Positions 1 through 13,424 of a DNA stretch of 64,000 bases are shown in pieces (position 1 is the stretch's first letter; every line of letters begins with the position of its first letter). This stretch comes from Hormiphora californensis (lineage: Eukaryota > Animalia > Ctenophora). The notes beneath the pieces were generated by a model that saw only the letters and a list, made by a program, of their open reading frames with translations, did no database searches and was not told the DNA's origin. The stretch covers positions 558,001-622,000 of the forward strand of contig CM035354.1 of the NCBI GenBank assembly GCA_020137815.1. Reading direction: 5' to 3'. A program made the position numbers and the translations under genes.

Positions 1-1
1 A

Positions 2-148
2 CAGAGTGACTATAACACCCTGTACGCAGAGTATGAGGAACTCAGAGCGGAGATTGTCACCATCACCCGGACTAATGCCCAGCTGCGGAGTGAAATTGTT
101 GCTGTTTATGAGGGATCTGAGATGACGCCACCCTCGACACCTGAGTGA
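2..148 (+). CDS. Terminal coding exon of a gene starting upstream of the window (coiled-coil-like)
   Basis: Open frame (Q)SDYNTLYAEYEELRAEIVTITRTNAQLRSEIVAVYEGSEMTPPSTPE then TGA at 146-148, with a heptad-like pattern. Cannot tell whether it is a separate gene or a short isoform of the downstream IRAG-like gene. Confidence 0.55.
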   Translation, partial: QSDYNTLYAEYEELRAEIVTITRTNAQLRSEIVAVYEGSEMTPPSTPE

Positions 149-804
149 GTAATGACTAATGGGCTCCCCGTAATAATGCATCACATGGGATTGGGGGAAT
201 TGTATTGGGGAATTATGTAATGCATGGTACCCTATTATTATAGGTCAACTGATCAAGGACGGAGGGTGACATAATTGTTGTTAGAATGGTTTCATTAATA
301 GGATGTATGGTATTCATGTTTAATTTCACGACTTTCTTGCCATTTAACTATGACAGCTGGTCTACCTGTTCTTGGGGCTCAGTTGGGGGTGTAATTTGTA
401 TATACCGTATTATCTATGCATGTTTGCAAGATACCCCTCTATCATAAACCTCTCTCTTTAGTCTCTATCTTCTCTCTCTCCTAAGGTGCATCTTGTATTT
501 GTACATTGCAATCAATTAGCCATCAATTACCATACTCGTAGAGAGAGAGCTGTTTCATTCTCTCCCTCTTTCTCTCTCATTCTCTCCCTCTTTCTCTCTC
601 ATTCTCTCCCTCTTTCTCTCTCATTCTCTCCCTCTTTCTCTCTCATTCTCTCCCTCTTTCTCTCTCTCCGTGAGCCCTCTCAATCCCTCTCTACTGACCC
701 CTAATTCGTCATTTCCGGCTTACCCATACTATCTTCCATTCCCTTTTCTCTCTTTCTCTCCCGTACTTACTCTCGACCCTTCGCTACCTGTATCTTACCC
801 CCCC

Positions 805-875
<71 letters not shown>

Positions 876-1781
876 CCTCTCTCTCTATCTTTATTCTCGT
901 GGGATCTATGCCCCTGTATAGCAGCTCATCTCGAGCCCCCCTGCTTTGTGTGCATGTTGTACTATTAGTTGTATATGCTGCTTAGTTCTGTATCATGACA
1001 CCGTGTAAAAGTGCTACAAACATTTCCTCTTTTTTACCCTTTTTATCTTTCTCTCCCTCTCTGTTTCTTTCTTTTTCTCCCTCCTCTATCTCTCTATCCC
1101 TCCTCACCCTCTCTCTCTATCTCTCTATCTCCCTCCTCTATCTCTCCATATCCTTCTCTCTTCTTTTTACAGCCACTCCTGGTGGTGGCCCAACGTTGCC
1201 GGCCCTTTGTTCTGCGGTAGTCGGGTACACCTTTTATTGTCCCCCTGTTTACCTCCCTCCAGTTTGTTCCTGCTATACCCTCCTTTTATCATCATACTTT
1301 TGTAGTTTTTAGCAAACAAAGAAGCAGTATTATATAGATGCAGTTATTTCGTCACGTTTTTTAATATGCAGATGAAGGTAAGAGGGCCAATATAGCTCTA
1401 GATTTTGGAACCAATTATAGAGCTACTTGTTGAGTTCCCCCTTACTCAACAAACAGCTATGCAGATTGTGGGTCTTTATTTAGGACGGGAGTGGGGTTAT
1501 TGACGTCATAATTGAGAAAATGATTTTCATTTTTAACAAACATTCGGGCTATGATAACCTTTTGACTTGTTCAGACTGTGTGAGTAATACTCAGTCACTG
1601 AATATGAACAATTCAAATAACCATCATATAAATTAGGGGTTGGGTGGGACCACCTATGTGGTTGTCAGCGCAGACATTTGAAGGTTTTGTGACGTAAAAT
1701 TTAACTTTTTTGTGACGTCACATGTTTTCTTGATGCATCATCATGATGTTTCTCAATCTTTGACAGTCCTTGCTCTTTCAG

Positions 1782-2169
1782 GACCAGTATGCACCGTAGA
1801 GACGAACAAACCTACAGGCAAGAGGTAAGTTACAGCTAATACAGACGAACAAAGTTTATCACAATTCACACACAACCAGACTCTGGTGCGCACGAGAACT
1901 ATCATGGTCATAACATTTGCATGACAAACCAGACTACGAGACAAACTAACAGACGGACAAAGTTTGTGACACACTACGAGACAAACAATAAACAGTCATC
2001 TTCATATCGGAGAGACGAATGGTCTACCATTGTGACTATCATGGTAGTAGTTGCTAATTTCGATAATAATACGGTGGTAATTGGTAGGGGATCACTCTCC
2101 GTCGCTTTTTGATTTTACTCATTGTCATGTACAGGCACAAAGATATACGGTCAAGAGTGTATCTCTCTC

Positions 2170-2223
<54 letters not shown>

Positions 2224-3102
2224 CACACCTTCATTGTTGTCGAACAATTCCAGCTAATTTTAGTACTCTTCTGACCTTGCAGCTGTGTATAATACCTCAT
2301 TGTGTGTGTATCTCCCTTCATGTCTCATTCGGAGGCCTCAACCCACAGGGAGCGACCTCAAATCCCTTCAGATAAGCGCAGCCGGACATCCCGAGGAAAG
2401 AAATCTATTATAACTGTTGCTGGACATACCTTTTATGTGGTACATGTTAGGGTGGTATTTCATGTTCTAAGACTGATCTGGGGTATGGAGTATGAACTCT
2501 ACACTATGGAGTTTAGTTAAAATGGAGTTTCTTTGGGTTGACAGCATATTCTACTTATATTCTCAACTATTTTACTGTCCGCCAGCTCTCCATCTTTCTC
2601 CCTTCTCAATCATCCCTCATAACACAAGGACCACGTGATATGAGTTTATCACAGCTCCTCCTGGTCTAGTTATAATGTGCATCTGCTGGCGGAATGATCT
2701 AGCACCTCTCCCATAACTTGCATCTGTTAGATGAGCTAGCATCCCATTAAATGTCAGCTGCACACCTGGATCCACAAAGTTTGCCTCACTAGCGACCCTC
2801 TATTGAACATAATGATACCCCAATAATACATAGTAGTGAGATGCGATTATCAGTGGTGTGGCTTACGCTGGTATCGATAGGTTACGCAAAGACAGTGGGA
2901 CACCCCGCTGGTATAATATAGAAGTCGGAAATAAGATCATAGGAATTTCATTCGACCAAGCTCACTGAGACTGAGTGGTGACCTTCTGAAACAATTTATT
3001 GAAGTCTGCTTGAGGAGCGCTATGAGTTAGATCATATGAATGTCCCTTGTCATTTTTCTCTGCTCTGGACCCTACACAAAAAACTATATATTCGCCTTTC
3101 TT

Positions 3103-3174
<72 letters not shown>

Positions 3175-4307
3175 TTTCTCTCTCTCTCTCTCTCCCTATC
3201 ACTCTACTCGTTTCAACAACCTTTGGAGTGAGGTCAGTGCAGTAATGGTACTGACAGAATGGAACAGCTGAGCCTGCTGCTGTAGATTCTACTTTGACAC
3301 CTATACACAATAAACAGACGGACAGACGGACAATAAACAGACGGACAGACGGACAGACGGACCTCACTATGAGTGACAGTGAATAGTGATCAAAGATGAT
3401 CAAATGTGACATATAATTTAACCTCTTTAAAAATTTCAGATAGATGACCTCAAGAAGAAGCTCAAGGGTGCCGAGTAAGTTTCGGAGTTTCTATCTGTTT
3501 CTGTTTATCCTGTTTCTGTTTATCCTGTTCCTGTTTATCCTGTTCCTGTTTATCCTGTTCCTGTTTATCCTGTTCTGTTCCTATTTCTGTTTGTCGATGT
3601 CCTGTTCTATTCCTGTTTAAGTTGCTCTCTCTACTTTTCTTGGTTGGCTTGGTGATAATGCATACAGTACATCTTACTAAATCTTTACTGCACAGCTATA
3701 CCGGGGGGGGGGTTCAGGATTAAGTGGTCGGACGTATATGCCTAAAAATTAAGTGGTCAAAATCCAAAAGGACCCCCCCACCCCCTAAAATTGACCACTT
3801 AATCAGGTTTTTTTAGTGGTCAAACCCCAAATAGACCCCTAAACCCCCAAAATTTACCGAAAAACTAGCTTTTTTGCCCGAAAAATGGCAAAATTTAGGC
3901 TGTTTTCTGGGAACAAAACCAAAAAATTTCCAGAAAAAATTTTCGCGCGCGGGAAAATTGAAATTTGAATTTTGAAAATTGAAAATGTTTCAGGTCCGGC
4001 TCGAAGAATATCAATTTTTACCGAAAATTGACCAAATTTGGCTAAAAAATGACCATTTAGCGAAAAACACTAAGTGGCAATTTTGAAAAAACACCCACCC
4101 CCTTAAGTGGCATATACGTCCGAACCATTTATCCTGAACCCCCCCCGGCTATACATCTCTTTTTCTCTTGTATCTATCTGTGTTGTTGAAAGACTGCGTT
4201 TAGGATCATACATTATCATTGTTTGTTGTATAACTGTTAGCCCCCTCTCATTTATTCATTATTATCCTTATTTCTCTCTATCTCTCTCACTCTCTCTCTC
4301 TCTCTCA

Positions 4308-4388
<81 letters not shown>

Positions 4389-4536
4389 CTTTACTAGCAG
4401 ACTCTATTAAGATGTTAATGTTTTAATTCTGCCTAATCAATTCATCATCATCTCACTCCACTCTCGAGTGAGATGAATCGCTCTGAGGCTGTCCTTTGCC
4501 GTCATTTATCAACTTATAATTTCAAGATCTAAATAA

Positions 4537-4601
<65 letters not shown>

Positions 4602-7600
4602 CTTCTCTCTCCTTCTCTCTTTCTCTGTCCTCTGTTTTTGTCTCTACATGATCATGTCGAATGTTGTTTTTGTTCGGCCCACACGGCCCGGTGGTCCAGT
4701 CCGTAAGTTACCACTCGCCCCATACCTCAGAAAGGCGAACCTCACCCTCACCCTTGCTATCGAGGAACAGACCAAGCAGAGGAATGCAATCCAGGAGAGC
4801 GTCATTGAGCTTCAAAAGTAAGCAAACATATTTTCTTTTTTTTGGTTGGTCGAATCGAATCGATCACTTTAATGTTTAAGGTAGCTTTTATCGAGGAAAA
4901 AGTATTTTAAAATGCATTCAGTACCTAATTCTCTTCCAGTGAGTTGAGCTCAAGTATTGGGACGATTTCACGGCTGGAATACGACAACAAGACCCTGACA
5001 AAGGACAACGAAAAACTCGCAGGTAGGTACCCCAACTTTATTATCTGGCAGTGTACCAAATATTGGAAGTTTCACACGGCTCATCTCACGAACTGAGGGA
5101 CTCCCACTTCCCGAGATCAATGATCTGATTTATATTTGACGGCTGTGGGAAATTCCCACAACCATGAATCTCCGATCTGCCAACATTTAATACTATTATT
5201 TGGAGCATGGTTATTTGTGATAGCACAGTTTTCCTTTGCCTTGCTCGATCCTGTCTCAAAGGGTTTGAACAAAACAAGTTTTTCTGAATTCCCTTTCAAC
5301 CCCCCAGAATTTCCTTTCTTCTTGTTTTGCCATTATTAGGTTGAGAGGTGCTAGTGTTAGTTAGACTTTTCATGTAAATAAATGGGAAACGGGGGTAAGA
5401 GAGATAAAGAGAAGTAAATAGGGGACAGATAGATACTGACTTGGGAAATTATAGGGGGAAAGGGGGAGAAAGAGAGAGAGAGAGGAGAGAGAGAGAGAGG
5501 AAGGGGAGGGAGAAAAGAGAGAGAGGAGAGAGAGAGAGAGAGAGGTTTGATTTTTTAAGGGTCCTGCATAAAAGTTTTGCAATCTTTCAGAAAAATAACC
5601 CTTTCTAGGAACAATAATCCTTACCTACATGGTTATTGACCCTGCAGCTGTTTATGTAATGCCTCCTCCTCCTCTCTGCGTAATGCCCCTATTATGCCAC
5701 AATCTGTCATGGCGCTCTTACTACTCCTTACTGCAAATGATTAGTGGATCGCCCTTCTATTTCCCATTTACTGGTATTATTTTGTCCCCCTGCCCTCTCA
5801 AAGTATAGCATCTTTGCTAATTTAATCGCCAATTATTTAGAGACGTACACCCGGCAAAAGGGAGACTTGGATGATTTGAGAAAAGAGTGGGTCAACGAAA
5901 TGGATCGGTGCTCGACAATAGAGGTAATTTTTTGGGGTTTTTTTTTGTGAGAAATAGGGGAAAGGGGGGGGTAGAGGGAAAGGGGGAATTTTTTGAGGGG
6001 GGAGGAGGTTCGAAAATTTGTGGGAAACCCCAGGAGGGAAAAGGGAGATTTTGGGGAAGAGGGGAAGGGGGGGCCCCCAAAGGGGGGGGGAAAAAAAGGT
6101 CCCCCAAGAGAAAAAAAAAGGGATTTTGAGGGGGACAGTTAAAACATCCTTTAGAGTGGTTACAAAAAACCCTTTAAAAAAGACCATTGTGGAGAGGGGA
6201 GAGGTTTACGTCAACGGAATCCCTCCCCAGATAAAATTTTTGAAAATCGGCAGTTTAGATGAGCTTGTTCCCTTTGTAATAAAAATATCCAGTAGTTTTA
6301 GGGGCAGCCCTAAAATTTTGATTACCCCTGATTTTTTTAAAGCGAAATGAAATTTTTTTAAAAGGGGGAAAAAAAAAAACCCCCCCCCAAGAAAAGAAGG
6401 GACAAGAAGAAAAAAGGAAAACCAAAAGAGAAAGAAACCCGAAATTTAAAAACCCCAGAAAATCCCTTTTATCCCAAAAAAAACCCACAGAAAAAGGGGA
6501 GATAATAGGGGAAAAAAGGGAAAAAGGGAAATGAAGGTGAGGGGAGAAATAGGGAAAAGGGGGAATGGAGGGAGGGGAAGGGGGCGGAATTAAAAAAAAA
6601 GGAGTTTTTGAGGAAAAGGATAAAGAAAAGGGGGAACATTAGAAAAGTCAAAACATTTTTTGATGCTTTTTTTTTTAGAACTGTCAGAGAGGGACCCTAA
6701 ATTTTAAAAGGAAAAGGGGGAAAAGGGAGGGAAAAATTTTTAAAAAACCGCCGAAAAGAAAAATAAAAACCCGGGGAAGGGGGTGAGACATCGTTCTCCC
6801 CATTTTTTGCATCAATAACGGTCCCATTCCCTTATTTAGAGTGGTTACATTAAATCTCTCCTATTTAGAGTGGTTACAACTCCCTGAACAAGACCATTGT
6901 GGAGAGTTTACGAGGTTTACTGTCAACGTTGAATCCATCCCTTAGTTATCCATCTTTCGACACATCGGTCAGTTTAGATAGATGCTTGTTCCTTCTGTTA
7001 TCAACTATCCAGCTATGTTATAGGGTTCAGCCCTAAAAGTTTCGATCTACACCCTGATTTTGGCAAATCGAAATCGAAATTTTTAAGTTGAACCCCCCCC
7101 CCCCCCCCCCATTGTAACATTATGCTTACTGTAAAACTAGATATTTTCGAGGCAATTTATTTTCGCGATTCGATCAAAATTTACTATTTTCGCGATTTTA
7201 ATTTTCGCTAATCCCACTGCTACCCCCATTTCACGGTCCTAGTCTATTGTCTAATTACGCCAAGAGTACAGTCATCATTGCCATGAGACACCAGACCTGC
7301 TAGCAGCTGCTTGGCGTAGACCAATGAAAATTGAAATGTGAGCATTTTCTCATTGCTGATTCCAGACGAGTGGTAGGTAGCTAGTAGCTACTATGGCAGG
7401 GTGCTATAGTAGATATCTACCACACCTACCACTCGTCCGGACACTTATATCTACCATTGCAGGGTGTTACACCTCGGCCTATTACACCCTGCTATTGCAC
7501 CCTGCTATGGCAGGGTGCAAGAGTAGGGTGTCACTCGTCTGGACAGCCTCTGATAACCTACCATTGCAACTTTACTTCTATGGGGCATGAGAAATTTGAT

Positions 7601-9037
7601 ACCCCCGATGATTGATTTGTGTCAGAGGGTGTCCAGACGAGTGGTAGATGGCTTACTATGGTAGCTTAGCTACCACTCGTCTGGACAGTACCCACCTGCC
7701 ATAGCACCCTGCCATAGCACCCTGCCATAGTAGCTACCTACCACTCGTCTGGACCCGGCCTAAGAGATAGCCAATCAGGGATGAGACAGAAAAGGCAATA
7801 TGTTTAATATTTCAATTACAATTTCTGATCTGATGAACCGATTGTCGTTGACTTAGTACTAAAAGTAAAAAATGTGTCATCCTGAAATAACTTGCACGAG
7901 CTTTCTGTAAAAAACCGTCCAAAATATTTTCGCGGAATTAATTTTCGCGGATTTTCCAGCCAAAAATAAAGAGCGAAAATAAAAATCTCACGAAAATATC
8001 TAGTTTTACAGTATATGGGTACATTACGCAAGAATATAATGACAATCCAATCAGACTGATCACGCAGCCTTCTCGATTTATTTATTATACACTCTCTCTC
8101 ATATCTTTCCTGCATATATCACATATCACATGTGATATATCTAGTATTTTCAACTTGTCAGATGTAATATCTGATCGTGCGTTATCCCTAGTTCTCTCTG
8201 CCCTTGGAGGAGTGGTGTGAATTTATCAACAAGGAGTTTATTGAGGCTAACAGGATAACAGAGGTAACATTAGAAAACTGTCAAAACTATTGTTTTGTAT
8301 GCTTTTGTTTTTAGAACTGTCAGAGCATTGGCCTGACCCTATTCTCCACGAGAACTGTGGTCAGAGCTGCATTGGACTTATATTTTTACAATTACACCTG
8401 CTCGATATCATTTTGTAACTAAAAACTTTGCAGGAGTTCCGGTTAAATTCTTCCCAGTTCCCGCCAACTTTAGTTCCAGGAGTTGGGCGGCCAACTGGAG
8501 TAGTCCCTAAAAGGTACAGCTATAACTACACACGGTTTATGAAGAGACTTCCTTTCTAGTCAACTAGTGGGGGCCACTACCCTTCACCCACTAACTAACT
8601 AGAAAGGAACTAGGAAGTCTCTTTTCATGAAATTTCCCACCAAGTTCACCCACACTTTCTGCGTGTCTCACTACACTGTTTAGTTCACAACCAAATTACT
8701 TTTTGAGTGACCCATTACAACCATCCTTGTTTCAGATCCTCTTCAGTGCAGACAGATCCACCAACTGGTAAGGGAGATCAATATGATCCTCTCTCTTTCT
8801 CTCTTTTTCTCTCTCTCCCTCTAAGAGAGAGAAGAAGAGATGAAAGAGAGAGAAGAGAGAGAATAATATATATTATATCTAGATCTATATATCCTACTAT
8901 CTTCTCTATATATCTCTATACTATTCTCTATATAGATATCCCGCTATCATCTCTCTATATCCACTCTATATATATATCTCTCTATCTCTCTATCTATACG
9001 ATATCTGACTACGCATCTCGTCTCCTATCTCTCTCTC

Positions 9038-9068
<31 letters not shown>

Positions 9069-9115
9069 ATCTACCTCATCTCGCACTATCTCTCTCTCCC
9101 CCTCTCTCTCTCCTG

Positions 9116-9173
<58 letters not shown>

Positions 9174-12100
9174 CCTCATCTCGCACTATCTCTCTCTCTT
9201 GCTCCCATTGTATCGTCCATCTCTATTCATGTGACGTTTGTCAATTGACGTCCAGTCTAACTATCTAATTGTGTTGTGTACTAACTTGTACTCTTTTGTC
9301 CTACCCCTCACATCTACTACCATTTATACTATCCCTGGGACCCTCTAGGAACTCCCCCCCCCTTTTGTTACTATCTACCACCCCACCCAACACTAATTCT
9401 CCCCCCTAGGAGGTTCAGACCAGGGTATGAAGGGTAATCTAGCTAGAGCGGCGTGCTTCGAGAACAGTCGCTCCTGCTCTGAAGGGTTAGCTAACGGTAA
9501 ACCACCCTCCACCTCCTCTACCTCTGGAGCCAGTGCAGGTGCTGCGTCTTCTTCGAATAGGCCATCCACTGCAAAACCAGCTGCAGGACTGGTTGATCAG
9601 GAGTCTACTGATGTTGATATATCAGCGGAGTACCAGTTTACTACAGATGTCGCCTCTCTGAGCAAACGAAGCGTTGAGGTAATATTGGATCAGGATAATG
9701 GATTATGTCTATGTTTACTTTTTATGGCCAGGGACACTATAAAATGACCATAAAATCATCTCATTCAAAGTTATCTACATTTCCCCTCGCAGGGCGAGTT
9801 CCAAGCAATCATGATGAGTTTCGAGAACGACACTTTCACGCTCCAAAAGCGCTCCAGTATGCACGACCGAGCTCACCAGAAGGCTTCATCTAACTTCCAA
9901 ACGGAAATCACAAAGATTAAGGAAATGATATCCCAGCTGCTGTCTGATTTCCTCCCTGAAGATAAGAAAGATAAACTAAAGGATCTTTCCAAGACAATAA
10001 CACTCTTGCCTGAGACCATGGAGAGTTTGTCTGGATCAGCAGTGAATAGTGGGAGGTGCCAACAGGAGGAAAAACATCTTCGCCTCTTTGAGGTTAGTGT
10101 AGTGTGATAAACCGCGTGATTTCATATTAGATAACGCGTGACTTCATTTTAGATAACGTGTGATTTCATTTTAGATTTATCTAACGCGTGATTTCATGTT
10201 AGATAACGCGTGATATCATGTAAGATAACGCGTGATTTCATTTTAGATAACACGTGATTTCATGTTAGATAATGCGTGATTTCATGTGAGATAACGCGTG
10301 ATTTCATGTGAGATAACGCGTGATTTCATGTTAGATAACGCGTGACTTCATGTTGGATAACGCGTGATTTCATGTGAGATAACGCGTGATTTCATGTGAG
10401 ATAACGCGTGATTTCATGTTAGATAACGCGTGATTTCATGTTGGATAACGCGTGATCTTGTTCCAGGTGATGGTAGCAAACAATCTCCATACAAAACGTG
10501 CCCTGACCGCTGCCCTTGCTGCGTCTAACCAGAACCCCGATATGGGGCTCCCTAAGAAGGATGTGGACAGGGCCGCTGTGAGGAAGAAAACACTGGCAGT
10601 GGCAGCAGCAATGAGGAAGGATGAGGAGAAACAAAAGCAGATGCAGGCTTCGGAGAATAGCAGTGTTTTCTCCAGCTTTGCAGGTTAGTCTTTAGGTGCC
10701 CGTTATTGGTATATTGACTGATGTGGGTGTGCATATTTTGTACTATAAAAGTATCAATAGGGGTCCAACTCGACAAAAAGTAAGCCGGTGCCCTAAATTT
10801 GGGGGTTCGCACAGATCTACACAAAAACTACTTCTCCCCTGTTTTCCTGCGTGCCGCCCGGAGGGTAAGAACATAACAACACAAAACTACTTCTCCCCTG
10901 TCCTTCCAGGTGTTGTAAAGAACCTTATGGTGAAGACTCCAGCTGAACCGGACCTGGCAAACAGGCGCGCTACGGAAATGATGCAGCGTATGAAGACGGT
11001 TGAGACTCTGGGCGCTGACAAGGAAGCGCTCTACAAGGAGGGATACAGGGGCGGGCTGAGTTCCGGGCTTCATGACACATTCGATAACATTAAAAAAGAA
11101 CAGAGGACATGTGATGAGGGCATTGATTCACTTAACAAAAGGTATAAACAGCCCCCATACAGACCCATACATTTTTTATATAGTCTCACACCCCCCCCTT
11201 AGTTAATTAGTTAATTAGTTCCTTCTCTGCTCTTGCACGTGATGTTCACCCATGTTCCCATATTAATACCAGCGCGATACCTGGCCACTGATCTAGCGAG
11301 AAGGGGTCAGTGTGATGCCTGACAGTATGATCAGCTGAACTGCAGCCGTGCCAATGATAACTGATCTGTATGTTCCATCTCTAATATGTAGAGACTCTAT
11401 CAAGTACACCACTATTATTAGTTGGGTCGGTTGTGGGAAGTTGGGTCTGGAATTTTAAATTTGACTTGTTGATATGATTAGGGACTCTATAAAAAGTCAA
11501 AAGCACCATCCCACAGGTCTCTACCACCCCCGGTTCACTAATTATTCGTAATTATGTGATTTATGACGTTATCGCCAATTAGCACTAATAATACCAGTTC
11601 CTGGTAATTTAGAGCTTAGATTTTGATACCATGTGATAGAGGATCACTAGATTAGTGAGCATACAAAATTTCAGGTCGATCGGAGTTATGGTCGAGGAGT
11701 TATAACCGTTTTTCCGTTTGGCTGGCGGTTGGCTGGCACCACGTGGGATTACGGGTTTAGGTCGTCGTAGGAGGTCGTCATTGGTCGCGTTCAATCGGGC
11801 TCGATGAGGTGATCAAAACCTAGTGGGGCCAGACCTTGGCCCCGCCCCGTTCTTGGGTTATTAGGCTTTTTCGGTTTTGGCGGGAAAATATTTTGGCGGG
11901 AAACCGAAAAAGCCTAAGAACCAAAGAACGGGGTGGGGCCCAGGTCTGGCCCCACTAGGTTTTGATCACCTCATCGAGCCCGATCGAACGCGACCAACCA
12001 CGACCTCCTACGACGACCTAAACCCGTAATCCCACGTGGTGCCAGCCAACCGCCAGCCAAACGGAAAAACGGTTATAACTCCTCAACCATAACTCCGATT

Positions 12101-13424
12101 GACCTGAAATTTTGTATGCCCACTAATCTAGTGATCCTCTATCACCTGGTATCAAAATCTAAGCTCTAAATGACCAGGAACTGGTATTATTAGTGCTAAT
12201 TGGCGATGACGTCATAAATCACATAATTATGAATAATTAGTGAACCGGGGGTGGTAGAGACCTGTGGGATGGTGCTTTGGACTTTGTATAGAGTCCCTAA
12301 TCATATCAGCAAGTCAAATTTAAAATTCCAGACCCAACTTCCCACAACCGACCCAACTATATAGCGCACAGAGAAGCGGGTCTGTACCGCACAACAAGTA
12401 CCACGGAAAGCGAAATGCAGCTTTCACAAGATCTGGCTCCAGTCCAACTCTATTACCTGGCCCCAGTTCCCGTGGGAATAATCACGTGACAGTTAAAAAA
12501 CAGTCCAACTATAAACGGGAGAAATCAAGGAGGGTTACACTAGGACAGAGGCAGGTCAATAAGATCATGTCGGAGGTGGCCCTGGAATCTATGGATGATA
12601 TTGAGGATGATATCATGGCCCTGATGGGATCTGATAATTAGTGTGAGATGTAGCAGAGTGCAGTGTTCCTTCTATAGTGTTTGAAGTAGCAGAGTGTTCT
12701 TCTATCTAGTGACTACTAGCTAGACTACTAGTCAGACTAGTAGTGTGTATCTATTGGAACATCTTCCGCAGAAGAGACTTGGGTTTGGTAGTCTTATAGT
12801 TTTATTGGATTTGGATTTCTTTTGTTTAGTTTTTCCTCTTTCTGTGTGTTACCTTTTAAGGCAAGTGGTTACATCTCATTTTCTAGACAGCCTAAACTGC
12901 CTGGCGGCGCCGATCCGACCTAAACCCACAAAACGGGGTCTGTCGCTGATCAATAGATCACAATGCCCAACGATACTTCTCATTCCCTCAGTTAGCACAA
13001 CTTTACCCCTCTTTCAGTACTCAATTATTGAGTCAATATGAACTGTATGACACTAACCCCCTCCCTTCCTCTCTGTATGACACTATAATTCTAACCACCT
13101 CCCCTTCCTCTGAGTATCATAATATGAAACTATTCTAACCCCCCTCCCCTTCCTCTCAGAGCGAACACACTAGAACGAGAGGTGGCGTTCTACAGAAAGC
13201 ACTCCACACACCTCTTCTACGGAGGAGCAGCTACCCCCGCCGCTACCCTTCGGACTATTTTCTGTACTGTGTTTATAAACCTGTTTGTTCTCTTCCTCCT
13301 CCTAGCAACTGTACCCCTCCCAGAACACTCCGGGTACAGCCTGGGTACCGGGTACATCTCCCTCCAGGAGTTCATTACCTCACACTTCCTGACTGTACCA
13401 GATAGGGCACGCCCCATAATATGA
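1782..13424 (+). CDS. IRAG/LRMP (Jaw1/MRVI1)-family coiled-coil protein, multi-exon, membrane-anchored isoform
   Basis: GT-AG exons join in phase: ~1782-1824, 3440-3474, 4731-4817, 4940-5022, 5841-5922, 8193-8263, 8434-8513, 8736-8767, 9410-9678, 9793-10092, 10467-10683, 10909-11141, 13160-13424. Core SVEGEFQAIMMSFENDTFTLQKR...NFQTEITKIK...LSKTITLL...GRCQQEEKHLRLFEVM resembles the recalled LRMP/IRAG core (VEAEF...D.FTLEKR...EEN..KEI...LEKSI...G...QE.R....EVM). The last exon encodes a TM helix and a short tail. The 5' start is uncertain. Confidence 0.75.
3702..4147. mobile_element. Non-autonomous TIR element with C+poly-G termini, intronic
   Basis: TIR CGGGGGGGGGGTTCAGGAT..GGTCGGACGTATATGCC and its reverse complement at the right end; direct repeat GCTATAC at 3695-3701 and 4148-4154. 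Confidence 0.8.
5930..6790. other. Low-quality, homopolymer-inflated duplicate of downstream sequence (probable assembly artefact)
   Basis: 6150-6390 is a noisy copy of 6865-7110 and 6560-6700 a noisy copy of 8190-8340; the differences are dominated by expanded A/G/T/C runs. Confidence 0.75.
7129..8011. mobile_element. TA-flanked MITE (Tc1/mariner-type) containing an inner repetitive element at ~7361-7761
   Basis: TIR CTGTAAAACTAGATATTTTCG ... CGAAAATATCTAGTTTTACAG with TA on both sides; internal repeated TCCAGACGAGTGGTAG / CTACCACTCGTCTGGA motifs. Confidence 0.8.
10108..10456. repeat. 22-bp minisatellite filling almost a whole intron
   Basis: About 16 copies of AGATAACGCGTGATTTCATGTT/G between the donor at 10093 and the acceptor at 10466. 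Confidence 0.95.
11419..12359. mobile_element. Fold-back (near-perfect palindromic) element, TAG..CTA termini, 3-bp TSD (Academ-like ends)
   Basis: Arms of ~465 bp are reverse complements, centred near 11890; TAT flanks both ends (11416-18, 12360-62). Confidence 0.9.
12365..12641 (+). CDS. Alternative terminal exon of the IRAG/LRMP-like gene (soluble C-terminus)
   Basis: TATAG acceptor, phase-compatible with the donor at 11141/11142. About 92 open codons, SAQRSGSVPHNKYHG...EVALESMDDIEDDIMALMGSDN*, with no TM segment. Confidence 0.65.

Noticed and set aside
880-1030. Possible Penelope-type end or hammerhead ribozyme
   Set aside because: No CTGATGA...GAAA core and no associated RT fragment seen.
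486-4620. SLSLSL / RERERE ORFs here and at 8707, 27356-28944 and 38514
   Set aside because: Translations of (CT)n/(GA)n microsatellites and minisatellites.
5837-6651. Gly/Lys/Phe/Pro-rich ORFs
   Set aside because: They arise from homopolymer-inflated, probably erroneous sequence.
11273-11291. Third possible terminal exon of the IRAG-like gene (SAIPGH*)
   Set aside because: Phase-compatible AG but only six codons; cannot be distinguished from chance without RNA data.
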